64,000 bases of DNA from Carpediemonas membranifera BICM (Eukaryota; Protista; Fornicata): positions 62,001-126,000 of the forward strand of contig JAHDYR010000036.1 in assembly GCA_019828565.1 (NCBI GenBank), read 5' to 3'. The translations under genes and the position numbers were made by a program. The notes below the pieces were generated by a model, which was not told the origin of the DNA, did no database searches, and was given only the letters and a program-made list of their open reading frames with translations. Shown piece by piece: positions 10,427-22,364 of the stretch (position 1 is the stretch's first letter; the number at the start of each line of letters is the position of its first letter).

Positions 10427-11418
10427 ATGTCTGAGCTGAACGTGGACACGATCCTCGAACGGTTGCTTCGAATCCGTGGGAAACCGAATTCGTTCCCTAC
10501 GATCAACGAATCGGAGCTCAGGACTCTTATTCTTCGTGCTCGCGACCTTTTCATCCAACAACCGATTCTGCTTGAGCTTGAGGCCCCAATCAAGATCTGT
10601 GGCGATATTCACGGGCAATACTATGACTTGTTGCGTCTTTTTGAATATGGAGGCTTTCCGCCCGAGGCAAACTACCTGTTCCTCGGAGATTACGTCGACC
10701 GTGGCAAGCAGAGCCTCGAGTGCATCATCCTCCTACTCTGCTACAAGGTCAAATACCCAGAGAATTTCTTTATGCTGCGAGGCAACCACGAGTGTGCGTC
10801 GATCAATCGTATTTACGGCTTTTACGAGGAGACCAAGCGCCGCTTCTCAGTCCGCACGTGGAAGACGTTCAGCGATGCGTTCAACTGCCTCCCGCTCGCG
10901 GCAATCATAGACGAGAAGATCTTCTGCACCCACGGTGGCCTGTCGCCCGATCTTCACTCGCTTGAGCAGATCAGGCGCACCATGCGCCCCACAGAGGTTC
11001 CTGACGCCGGCCTGCTCTGCGACCTTCTCTGGTCCGACCCCGAGACCGGGATCCGCGGTTGGGCCGAGAATGACCGTGGCGTGTCGTACACATTTGGCGC
11101 AGACGTCGTTCAGGAGTTCCTGGAGGCAAATGAGTTCGATCTCGTCTGCAGAGCCCATCAGGTCGTCGAGGATGGCTACGAGTTCTTCGCACGGCGGCAG
11201 CTGGTCACTATCTTCAGTGCGCCTGCTTATTGGTGTGTTTCATCTTTCCTTTCTTACTTAGTGGCGAGTTCGACAACGCTGGCGCTATGATGTCCATCGA
11301 CGAGACACTCATGTGCTCGTTCCAGATCCTCAAGCCCATGGATCGGGCCCCGCAGAGGAACAGCCAGCGGCCCCCGACGCCGCCCCAGGGCAAGAAGGCG
11401 CGCAGATCTGTGATGTAG
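10427..11418 (+). CDS. PP1: Ser/Thr protein phosphatase PP1 catalytic subunit, copy 2 (intron 11233-11261)
   Basis: Near-identical to copy 1 at offset 2316, with the same 29-nt intron; stop is TAG. Confidence 0.95.
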
Positions 11419-11427
11419 AGTTTTTAA

Positions 11428-12888
<1,461 letters not shown>

Positions 12889-12929
12889 GCCGGCCGCGCT
12901 GTTAATAAAATGTGACCCTATTATTATTA

Positions 12930-13899
12930 TTATGGATGATGCAGGTGTGCGGAAGTAGACCAATAGGAAGCTGCATCAATGTCTGCCTTACCCCTAGTTG
13001 ACTGTACTCCTTCAAGCATTGTCAACATCACAGAAAATGGCAGCCGATCTCGCCTCAAAGGGCACATAGTACTGCTCAGAATAGTCGCATATAGTGTGCG
13101 CGGCCCTCGGTGACCCTCAGCAAGAACTGCCCATGCCAGAACGCCTTGACCCTCTCTGGAAACCGGAGCGGGGTGGGTGTGGCAGAGGTCGTCCTCCCGG
13201 TATCCAGGCAGCAGGTCCAACTGGGCGATATGATGGGGAACTTGTCCGGCAAAGAGCAGCTGGCGGCCACTTTCATGGATGTTGAAGGTTAAGTCTGACA
13301 TGATCCGGTCGACCCTGTAGGGCAGCTCCTCGAACCAGATTTGCCCGAGACCCGACTCACCATTCCAGTTGTTGCCTATTATCATCTACCGAGCACCCAT
13401 GGCGAGGACGGCAATGCCGTTCCGTTCATGCAAATATGTTCTGGCACAAAGTCAGGTGGAACTTCGTCTGGGTGTAATTGGCCCGCATTCTCTCGCTCGA
13501 CTGGACCGACGAACCAAGCTGCGCTGATGCCTCCAACGATTGTGCCAGCATATGAACGTGTAACTATAGACACATCTGTCACAATCCTGTGCTTCTCCCA
13601 GGGGGAAGACTGGCAACGAGCTCGGTGACCTTGGGGCAGGCTGGGAAAGTGAGGCGGGTCGGGTCGACGAATTCACCTGACTCGAATCCCAGCTGGCCAC
13701 TATTGCTCTCTCTCCAGCCCCACAGGCTCTTTGGTGTCCTTACGATATGGGTGAACCCGTTGCTGAAGACCTCGAGGGCCCTGGGCATCATGGCTCCGGT
13801 GAGGGCTGTGTGGTTGGCAGCGTCGAGCATGAAGAGTCGGCCCATGTACTGGATGGATTCAGAGGGCAGGGTGCTTGCCCGCAGTTCCCCCACTAACAT
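12930..13899 (-). pseudogene. Frameshifted RCC1-repeat-like gene remnant
   Basis: Abutting short ORFs in successive frames (13579-13899, 13382-13582, 12930-13385, 13076-13276) carry RCC1-like fragments LWGWRESNSGQLG...DPTRL, GNNWNGESGLG and TPTPLRFP. No ATG-initiated full frame. Confidence 0.5.
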
Positions 13900-13916
13900 A
13901 TCTGATGATAAAGCAT

Positions 13917-16181
13917 TTATATCGTGTCATACGTAACACTGTTGCCCGTGTCAGCCTCGGTGTCAAGCTGATCGTAGCCAGCAGTCCGACCAGTACCGGA
14001 TGTGAGCTTCAAATACCTGTGGAGACCGAAGAGAAGGCCACCGACAGCAGCGGCACCGACAGTAAGAATCATCCCGACGGCGCTGAGTACAAACAGGGCC
14101 GCGATGACGGGGAAGGCCACAGTGGTTGCGGCGCCGAATACCCAGTCGATAAAGCCCTTCTCGGCCTGTGTGAAAGAGTGGTCGTGCGGACCATTGAGTA
14201 GGGGTGTGATCGTGAATGTGGCGTCGTCCGTGACGTCTCTGTTGTGCAGCACTAGACGATACCGGGAGTCACCGGTGGAGCTGGGTTGGGGGAAGGGCAG
14301 GAAGACGCGGACAATGTCATCGGGAGAGTCGCCAAACATGCCATAGATCGCCGTCTCGGCAGCGGGGTTGGTGAGGCTGTCGACTTCGACACAGTGGGCC
14401 ATTGTCTCAGCCTGGTGGTCTCGGGAGACCTTGAAGTTGACCGGGGTTGACCCAGCCTTGGCTATGAACTCACTAACGAACTTGTCGCCGGCCTTGACGG
14501 TTACGGTGGCCGTTCCGTTGGTCTCGAGGGCGTGGAGGTTGGACTTGATGGCCCCACAGTCGTACGCCGAGTCGTAGCCGCCCGTGCACTCACAGATACC
14601 CTGGGGAGTCACCGTACCATGACCGTAGCAGTCGAGCTCGGGGGCATAGGTTAATGTGATGTCAGCCGTGTATGTGGCGAACATGGTCACGAATAGGTCG
14701 CCGTCAAGGCCATAGGCCATGTCATATGGTCTGATCACAGTCGACCCGACCATTGAGTCGGATCTGAGTCGGACTGCATAGACACTGTGGTCGCCAGATG
14801 CTGGGTCTGGCGTGTTATACGGGGTCCGAGAGAAGATCAGGTCAACGTGGTCCTCGTCGCCGAGCTGAGTCACCAGACGCGCCGTGATGCCAATACTGGG
14901 CCGCCGACCAGCATTATACTGCATCTTCCCAATGTACACGGGTGAGTATGGGTCGGCGGGGGCGGTCAGGGTCAGCGTCGTCGGGGTCGCGGGGGGCAGC
15001 TGGGCGATATCGAGAGAACACACAGGTCCAGCCTTGTTAGGTAGGCATACGGAGTAGACGGCCTCGAAGTTGGCCGAGACGCCTGGTGTGAGTGCTTTGA
15101 CGTGTATCCAAAAGGTGCCGGTCTCCAGCTGCTGCCTGTTGATACTGGCGCCGTCCAGAGCGATGGTCTTGGCCCGGCCATCGATCAGAGTGAACGCGCT
15201 GGTGGGATGGGGTAGCCAGGCAGTGCAGGAACCCGTGTCATCGCGTACACAACTCTGAAGGGCGTATTCAACCATGTTCGTCATCGTCACTCCTGTAAAG
15301 TGTAGCGAGGAGTACGAGGTGAAGAGCTCCTGTCCGTCTGTTGCAGCGGGGACGTCGATGTGGATGAAGAAGTCGCTATACGTCGAGAAGTCCAGCTTGA
15401 TCTGCTCATTGGCCTTAGCGGTGATGACCTGTGCGGGGAGAATGTAGGTAACTGTGGCGCTGAGTACGATAGTGTCAGATGGGCAATTGGTCACCTGGCC
15501 GAAGACAAAGGGTGACCCGCTCCGGAGGGAGAGAGAGGCCGGCATGGAGTGAACTTTCATGGGATGGGTTAGCGTACCATCAATTTCTGACAGGTAAATG
15601 TTGTTCGCTAGGCCTGTGTGGGTCGAGCTGAGGTCGAGAGTCCTGGCCTGTGACGCCACCGTCTGACTGAGGTCAAGGACGAAGTAGCCGACGTCAGAGG
15701 CGTCCACACCGTTACCAGTGGTCACAGTGACAGTCTTCGTCGCCGTTTGAGTGAAGGAGGCTACTGCGGGCTTGGTCACATCCGCTCTCACTTGGACCTT
15801 GGACTCAGCCTCGCCCCAGACGATAACATAGCCCGTAGTGATAAGCGTGGGCGACCCATACTCCTTGGGGGTGAAGTGGGTCATGTCTATGCTGCCCTCA
15901 CCGACTGCGCGGCGGTTTATGGCACTGTCGTCAAGAGAAGGGAAGGGGGCGATGGAGGGAAAGTCTGCCACGTGCACGGAACCGCGAAGGCACTGAACAT
16001 CAATGCGAGCTACACTCTTGGAATCCGCCTGGACGGAGAAAACGTAGTAGTTGCTTGGCTTGACGGTGATTTCTTCCCATCCTTTGCCAATGATACCAGT
16101 GAGCGGGTAGTAGTCTGTGATCCACGTCGAAGCGACGCATGCTGCTAGTAAGAATAGCACTGCGAGAAGCCTGGTCGTCAT
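13917..16181 (-). CDS. Type I membrane/surface protein with EGF-like domain
   Basis: Signal peptide MTTRLLAVLFLLAACVAS, EGF-like CYGHGTVTPQGICECTGGYDSAYDC, C-terminal hydrophobic segment, and short tail with YDQL. Confidence 0.75.
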   Translation of the reverse strand: MTTRLLAVLFLLAACVASTWITDYYPLTGIIGKGWEEITVKPSNYYVFSVQADSKSVARIDVQCLRGSVHVADFPSIAPFPSLDDSAINRRAVGEGSIDMTHFTPKEYGSPTLITTGYVIVWGEAESKVQVRADVTKPAVASFTQTATKTVTVTTGNGVDASDVGYFVLDLSQTVASQARTLDLSSTHTGLANNIYLSEIDGTLTHPMKVHSMPASLSLRSGSPFVFGQVTNCPSDTIVLSATVTYILPAQVITAKANEQIKLDFSTYSDFFIHIDVPAATDGQELFTSYSSLHFTGVTMTNMVEYALQSCVRDDTGSCTAWLPHPTSAFTLIDGRAKTIALDGASINRQQLETGTFWIHVKALTPGVSANFEAVYSVCLPNKAGPVCSLDIAQLPPATPTTLTLTAPADPYSPVYIGKMQYNAGRRPSIGITARLVTQLGDEDHVDLIFSRTPYNTPDPASGDHSVYAVRLRSDSMVGSTVIRPYDMAYGLDGDLFVTMFATYTADITLTYAPELDCYGHGTVTPQGICECTGGYDSAYDCGAIKSNLHALETNGTATVTVKAGDKFVSEFIAKAGSTPVNFKVSRDHQAETMAHCVEVDSLTNPAAETAIYGMFGDSPDDIVRVFLPFPQPSSTGDSRYRLVLHNRDVTDDATFTITPLLNGPHDHSFTQAEKGFIDWVFGAATTVAFPVIAALFVLSAVGMILTVGAAAVGGLLFGLHRYLKLTSGTGRTAGYDQLDTEADTGNSVTYDTI

Positions 16182-16666
16182 GGTTCACTTTAGAGGGTGA
16201 AGGCGTTGTCGTCTCGACTTGCTCTCCGATGTTGACCCACAACGACACCATGTGGGTTGGCTTTGGTGGGTCTTTAGAGGGCATTGGGCAGTGCCGTGAG
16301 CTAGCTGCCCCCCTTGAAATCATCAAGGTCGTGTCTGCTGCGATGATACGGATTGGGGGGCTAGATGGTGCTCATGGCGTGATTGTGAGACAAGAGCTAT
16401 AAATAGGTAGCTGGCATGCTCTGGGATGGCTGGAATGCGTCTTTTCCGCCATTTACTTGTGCTTCACGTAATTGATATTTAGACACGTTGGCTTGCCGCG
16501 CAAAGAACCGAGAAATCTCGATGGACAAAGCGCCATCGGATTGTTTGTGAAGTGAGTTGGAATTAACACAGATCTTCAAGGCGTTCGAGCAGAACTAACG
16601 GCCCTTCGAGATGACCATAGTTCATATCTCTCTCTCTTTGGTCAGTTTGATGAGGAACGCCCTCTG

Positions 16667-19600
16667 ATGGTTTCAAGAGTGCCTGTACCTGTGAAGAGAG
16701 AAGAGATTTCCAAGATCCCCGAAGGAGAACTCTTCTCACTGCCGCTTTCAGGCGTATTTACGTCCGAGCAGAAGGCTGGATTCACGAAACACATCCGCGA
16801 GGACCTCCGCAAGATCCCGTGCGCACCACCGCCCATTATACTGTCCCAGGACCCGCACTCGTTCCTCCTACGCGAGCTAGAGTGGATGGCGACTGATTTC
16901 ATCGAGGAGCGTCGCCTCAAGGCCGCAATCCGCCGTAAGCTCGCCGTAGACGCCGCTAGAGAGCTGAAGAGCAGACAGAAGGCTGTGGAGCAGCTGCGCG
17001 AGAAGCACTGTCGTGAGCAGAAGGCGCTGATCCGAGCATGGTGGAAGTCCGTCCATAAGGCTGTCGACAGGCGCGGCGGCCTCGTCCGCGAACTCACCCA
17101 GCGCCAGGAGGAGGAGCGGCAGGCCAAGGAGAACATGCGGAAGATTCTCGAGCGTACCAAGATCCTGACGAAGATGCTGCATGGAACCCTGGAGCAAGAG
17201 CCAGTGCGGGTCGAGTCCCTCTCTGCCAGCGACGACGAGGAGGCCCCGCAGCTGCCTGTACCCCGCCCTGCAAGTCCAGTGCATGCTGTTGACACGGTTG
17301 CCCGACCTTGGCTGCTGGAGTCCAAGCTCGAGCTGAGGGATTACCAAATGGTCGGGCTGACCTGGATGAGCCGAATGTTCACCCACAGACTCAACGGCAT
17401 CCTCGCAGACGAGATGGGGCTTGGCAAGACCATCCAGACGATCTCACTGCTCGCCCACCTCGCCACGGAACACAGTATCTGGGGTCCTCATCTCATCGTC
17501 GTGCCCACGTCTGTCCTGCTCAACTGGGAGATGGAGCTACACCGCTGGTGCCCTAAACTGCGGGCTGTGGCGTACTACGGATCTAAGGAGCATCGTAAGA
17601 ACATGCGATCCGGCTGGGACGAACAGGTTGCGGAGAACTCGTTCAACGTGCTTCTGACGTCGTACGAGATTGCCGTGGCCGACGAGTATGCTCTCAAACG
17701 GAAGAACTGGGTGTATCTGATCCTAGACGAGGCCCACCGCATCAGGAACGCACAGAGCAGGACGTGGAGTACCCTGCTGGGGTTCAAGACCAAGCGGAGA
17801 CTGCTACTAACGGGCACACCGCTGCAGAACGACATCAGGGAGTTGTGGGCGCTGCTTCATTTCCTGATGCCCAAGTTCTTCGAGTCTAGATCCGAGTTCA
17901 TGACGTTGTTCGGCCGTGATGTTTCCGCCATGGCAGAGGGCGACAGACGGGTCAACGAGGAGCTCATCACGCAGGTCCACGATATGCTTGGACCGTTCAT
18001 CCTTCGCCGTCTGAAGCACGACGTCGAGACCCAACTGCCCAAGAAGCGAGAGTACATCGTCTGGTCAAAGCTGGCCAGGCGGCAGGAGATGTTGTACGAG
18101 GAGTTCGTCCAGGCCGACTCAACCCGCCACGCCATGGCCAGCGGAGAGTACCTCGCTGTGGCGTCCATTCTCATGCAGCTGAGGAAGGTGTGCAACCACC
18201 CAGACCTCTTCATGCCCCGCATCGTCTGCTCGCCCTACTACCAGCCCAACGACACGCTCACCCAGGTGCTGTCGGGCAGGCTCCTCCGCTGGTTGGGCGA
18301 CGAGGGACTCTTCACCCACCCCACGACCCTGCCACTCCTCTCAGGGCCCAGATACTCCGTCGGACGGACTAACAAGGGCCCTATGCTGGTCGATGTGACG
18401 CTCCCTTCTGCCCACGAGGCGTACTACCTTGGAAAATACGGCATGCAACCCAGGGACTTCGTGAACATGAGGTGGGCCCCGCCCCGATGCCCTACTACTG
18501 TTGACGATGGAGAATCGCTGCAGACGATGCTGCTGGATTACATCCCCGGCCTCACTGGAAACGGCGTCATAGGGTCCCAGGCGTGGGCTCGATACAAGGC
18601 ATTCTTCGAGAGTAAGAAGGGTGCGCTGACACGTCATGCCGTCCTAAACCACGTAAGAACTGCCCTCACCGCCTTCTGCGGCAGCCTGCATGCCCCCGTC
18701 ACCGACGAGGCCTTCCGTCTCTTCTTCGACCCGACCATCTGCCTCGGATCAGTCACAACCTCCCCCACAACCTCCCTCAAACCCCAGGGCGACCCTGCCA
18801 CCCTGGTCCGGTGGCTGCACGAAGAGGGCCTGACCCCGGCCAGCACGTGTGCGTACGTTCCTAAGGCGAGCAGCGCAGGCCCTATGGCGCAGGTCTTCAA
18901 CCCTCATCGTCTACCCAGCAACATCGAGGTGAGGGACTACAACACACTGACCAGGCGGGTGGTGTCTGCCGGGCAGCTGACCCGTGGTCTGTCGGACGTC
19001 TCCTGGGACTATACTGTGCGGCTTAAGGTGCGGTTCCCCGACCGCGAGCTGGTCCAGTCTGACTGCGGGAAGTTACAGACACTTAGCACGCTCCTCAAGC
19101 GACTCAAGGAGAACGGGCATCGGGTCATCATTTTCACTCAGATGACCAAGATGCTAGACGTCCTCGAGCCCTTCCTGTCGCTTCACTCGTACCCCTACCT
19201 CCGTCTCGACGGTGGCATGAATCCCAAAGACCGTCTACAGACTGTGGAGCTATTCAACAGCAACCCCAAGTACTTCGTCTTCATCAGCACAACTCGGGCC
19301 GGTGGTGTGGGCATCAACCTGACTGGCGCAGACACTGTGGTCTTCTACGACTCTGACTGGAACCCGCAGATGGACGCACAGGCACAGGACAGGGCCCATA
19401 GGATCGGGCAGACCAAGAAGGTTAGTATTTACCGGTTAGTGTCACAGGCGACGGTCGAGGAGAACATCCTCACTCGGGCGTCGCAGAAGAGAGTGCTCAA
19501 GGAGCTCGTGGTCGACAGCGGCAGGAAGACCAGTCTGGAGGGCCTCAGGGGCCGCGGACTCCCCAAGTTTGCCCGACTGGAGATCGATAAGAACCACCAG

Positions 19601-21535
19601 CGGCGTGAGCTCGAGGGAACCGGACTGGTGCTGGATAAGGTGCTGCCCTCGGAGATGGAGGCACCGATAGATGAGGAGGGTGATGACGTCCTGCTCCAGG
19701 CCGAGGACGTCGAGGACAGGCTAGCTACGGAGCAGGTCCTAATGGACGACAACGCTGAGATCGTGGTGGAAGGCGACGACCAGCCAGTCGAGACGACGAT
19801 GATCACGGAGATCAGGGGGAAGCTGGACGCATTCACCCGGGACCTCGGGATGATGAACAGCCTCAGCAGTGCCGCCTGGAAGAGAGCGGAGACTATGCAC
19901 GAGATGAACGCCGTCCCAATGGCTGCGATAGCCCAGGACAAGCCCCAGGACGACCTCGACCAGTGGACAAGGGAACAAGCGGAGAAGGTGCAGGAGATGA
20001 CAGCGTTGGAGTCGTTCGACGCCGATGACGTTCTGTTCTACACGCTACCTGCGACGACGGACCTCAACGACCGCATTAGGGCCGCCGTCAAGGAGATCCG
20101 GGCCTCCATGCACTTCTTCGTGGACCCTAAACCCCTACCGACAAAGTCCAAGACGCCCGGTGGGAGGGGTGGCCGCAAGCCAGCACCAGCGGATAAGAGA
20201 CCGCATCTAGACGATGATACGAAGGCAACGCGGCCAATTCGGCGCCCGAAGCCAGTACCGAAGCCCGAGAAGCCAAGCAACAAGCAGCCCAAGCGGCCTA
20301 TTCTTGACCAAGTCATCGCACCAGAACCACAAGCCGCCGGCCAGCCCCACGGCGTCACGTTCTCGATTCGGGCCGACATGTCAAGTGGAGAGGTTTTCAA
20401 CATCGTGCTCCCATCGAGCCACGGCGAGATGAACATCGACCCGCCGGTCCACATGGTGGTCAGGGTTGGTGCACGGGCTGTCAGACTCAGGATGGGGGAT
20501 CTTATGGGCCGACTGCAGCACGACGCGTACGCCACCAGGGGCGGGGACCAGACGCTTCCGTTCAAACTGTCGGACAAGCGCACCCATCATGCGACGTACA
20601 CGCCCAGCTCTGCCCATTTCACTGAACTCGAGGCCTTGTTCCTTCTTAGGGCAGTGGCTGTATTGTCCAGCGAGGGTGTTGTCGGACCATCATGGGGAAC
20701 ACAGAGCATGGCGAGTTTGATCCACAGCCTGACGTCCGTATGCACCCTGCACAACAGAACACACCCGGCACTGGCAGTGCGTGGAGCGTATGCTTTCCTG
20801 ACGCATAGTGATCAGCCAGAGGTAGATAAGTCGAGGAGCCCGTTGGAACCTTTAAGTCGAAAGCTCGGCAAGCTGCGGCAGATGGTAGCGGACATCGAGG
20901 ATCGGATTTTCAGCCATCTCCTCATCAACATGCTGATGCCAGTGAGCTTGGTGGTGGAAGAGAAGACGAGGGCCATTACTGGCCAGCGTAGAGCAGAGGT
21001 AGTGAACCACATCATGCACCTCGATAGGGTACACATGCAACGGGTGATTCAAGACCAGGTGACGCCCGCTGCCCCGGTCGATCAGACAGCAACCCGGCAT
21101 CTCGAGATGATGCACACCCGGGTTACCAAGAACGTCAGCCTTGTCAATGAGATCGACGCCCAGCTCGGCACGATGGTCGACACCGAGCTCAGGCCCCGCC
21201 TGTCGATGAGGCCCCCAGACCGGAGTGGTCGACTCCCGTCCAACGGCATGGACGGCGTGCTCGCGGATATCCAGGAGCTCTCCAGGAGTCCACCGGCTGA
21301 GACAGTTGAATCAGTACTCGGCCTCGGCGTCCCTGGCGCCATTGAGAGTCTAAGACAAGACCAGCTGCTGCAGCTGAGCCAGCGTTACATGAGTATCACT
21401 GCGCCGCCTGCCGCCGTCCTCCCAACGCTTGTTACAACTCACACAAGGTCCGAGAAAGAAGGTGACTGCCATCGGCCTTATGCATCAGATCGCACTGGCG
21501 TTAACACCGCCATACAGACGCCGTGGGCCATTTGA
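16667..21535 (+). CDS. SWR1: SWR1/SRCAP/PIE1-type SNF2 chromatin-remodelling ATPase
   Basis: HSA-like ELEWMATDFIEERRLK, NGILADEMGLGKTIQTI, LILDEAH, MQLRKVCNHPDLF, long split-ATPase insertion, DCGKLQTL, and DSDWNPQMDAQAQDRAHRIGQ. Confidence 0.92.
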   Translation: MVSRVPVPVKREEISKIPEGELFSLPLSGVFTSEQKAGFTKHIREDLRKIPCAPPPIILSQDPHSFLLRELEWMATDFIEERRLKAAIRRKLAVDAARELKSRQKAVEQLREKHCREQKALIRAWWKSVHKAVDRRGGLVRELTQRQEEERQAKENMRKILERTKILTKMLHGTLEQEPVRVESLSASDDEEAPQLPVPRPASPVHAVDTVARPWLLESKLELRDYQMVGLTWMSRMFTHRLNGILADEMGLGKTIQTISLLAHLATEHSIWGPHLIVVPTSVLLNWEMELHRWCPKLRAVAYYGSKEHRKNMRSGWDEQVAENSFNVLLTSYEIAVADEYALKRKNWVYLILDEAHRIRNAQSRTWSTLLGFKTKRRLLLTGTPLQNDIRELWALLHFLMPKFFESRSEFMTLFGRDVSAMAEGDRRVNEELITQVHDMLGPFILRRLKHDVETQLPKKREYIVWSKLARRQEMLYEEFVQADSTRHAMASGEYLAVASILMQLRKVCNHPDLFMPRIVCSPYYQPNDTLTQVLSGRLLRWLGDEGLFTHPTTLPLLSGPRYSVGRTNKGPMLVDVTLPSAHEAYYLGKYGMQPRDFVNMRWAPPRCPTTVDDGESLQTMLLDYIPGLTGNGVIGSQAWARYKAFFESKKGALTRHAVLNHVRTALTAFCGSLHAPVTDEAFRLFFDPTICLGSVTTSPTTSLKPQGDPATLVRWLHEEGLTPASTCAYVPKASSAGPMAQVFNPHRLPSNIEVRDYNTLTRRVVSAGQLTRGLSDVSWDYTVRLKVRFPDRELVQSDCGKLQTLSTLLKRLKENGHRVIIFTQMTKMLDVLEPFLSLHSYPYLRLDGGMNPKDRLQTVELFNSNPKYFVFISTTRAGGVGINLTGADTVVFYDSDWNPQMDAQAQDRAHRIGQTKKVSIYRLVSQATVEENILTRASQKRVLKELVVDSGRKTSLEGLRGRGLPKFARLEIDKNHQRRELEGTGLVLDKVLPSEMEAPIDEEGDDVLLQAEDVEDRLATEQVLMDDNAEIVVEGDDQPVETTMITEIRGKLDAFTRDLGMMNSLSSAAWKRAETMHEMNAVPMAAIAQDKPQDDLDQWTREQAEKVQEMTALESFDADDVLFYTLPATTDLNDRIRAAVKEIRASMHFFVDPKPLPTKSKTPGGRGGRKPAPADKRPHLDDDTKATRPIRRPKPVPKPEKPSNKQPKRPILDQVIAPEPQAAGQPHGVTFSIRADMSSGEVFNIVLPSSHGEMNIDPPVHMVVRVGARAVRLRMGDLMGRLQHDAYATRGGDQTLPFKLSDKRTHHATYTPSSAHFTELEALFLLRAVAVLSSEGVVGPSWGTQSMASLIHSLTSVCTLHNRTHPALAVRGAYAFLTHSDQPEVDKSRSPLEPLSRKLGKLRQMVADIEDRIFSHLLINMLMPVSLVVEEKTRAITGQRRAEVVNHIMHLDRVHMQRVIQDQVTPAAPVDQTATRHLEMMHTRVTKNVSLVNEIDAQLGTMVDTELRPRLSMRPPDRSGRLPSNGMDGVLADIQELSRSPPAETVESVLGLGVPGAIESLRQDQLLQLSQRYMSITAPPAAVLPTLVTTHTRSEKEGDCHRPYASDRTGVNTAIQTPWAI

Positions 21536-21605
21536 ACATAGGAAATTCGTTGTATCGATAAAGGATGATTTTACTATGATGTGAATGGATGGTATCGTCG
21601 CAGCT

Positions 21606-22166
21606 TCATCTCAGAACAATGTTGATAATGTTGGTGATCTCGCCATCCAGGCTTGGACCCTGACGGCGGGGCTCTGGACGTCTCTGCGGCCTCGGTCTCT
21701 CCATGAACGACGGAGGTGCATATGACGGCGGTGCATACGATGGTTCGGGTTGCCTGGGTGGCTCAGTGCGCTCGGGTTCTGGCAAGTCTGCTCGGACGGG
21801 GATACGGAGGGTGGCGATGAGTTTGTCCAGCACCGTGTTCGTGGCATAGTCAAAGGGCAGCCCCGAGGCGCGGTGAATTGTCTCCAGGGAGGCAGGGGGC
21901 ACTGCGGCCTCTTCCTGAAGCATCTGGGCGGATGTTGTGAAGCCAGACGCATTCATGAACTGGATGCAGATCTGTGCAAGAAGCTTTCCTTCGGCCGTGG
22001 CTATTGGATCGCCACAGGCATTCATTCTCTTGAAGGACGCAGCCCTTGTCGTTGCTTTCAGCTTATTAAGGTCTCCAGTCCGCGACAAAGCGGCTTCTAA
22101 CGCCAATAGCTCTTCGTTCTTTCTGTTTGTCCCCCTATGTTGCTCATGAGCGGGGTCATTCACCAT
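21606..22166 (-). CDS. LisH-domain protein, FOP/FOR20-like (basal-body family)
   Basis: LEAALSRTGDLNKLKATTRAASF (TOF-like) and LLAQICIQFMNASGFTTSAQMLQEEA (LisH-like). Start taken at ATG 22166; the open frame extends to 22292. Confidence 0.55.
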   Translation of the reverse strand: MVNDPAHEQHRGTNRKNEELLALEAALSRTGDLNKLKATTRAASFKRMNACGDPIATAEGKLLAQICIQFMNASGFTTSAQMLQEEAAVPPASLETIHRASGLPFDYATNTVLDKLIATLRIPVRADLPEPERTEPPRQPEPSYAPPSYAPPSFMERPRPQRRPEPRRQGPSLDGEITNIINIVLR

Positions 22167-22364
22167 ATTTGCCGTTTCTTTCAGCGCGAAATACCCCAAA
22201 ATTTCTTCAGCGCCCAGACCACACTGAGGGCACCCCGTGTGGAAAGGGCAGGGTGTGGTTAGCGTAGCTATACTCGCACTAATTTTATTCATTATCTTCT
22301 GCCCGGCTGATCACAATGACGAGAGACGACAGAGTGAAACCATCCACCCAGACGCACTGCAGAG

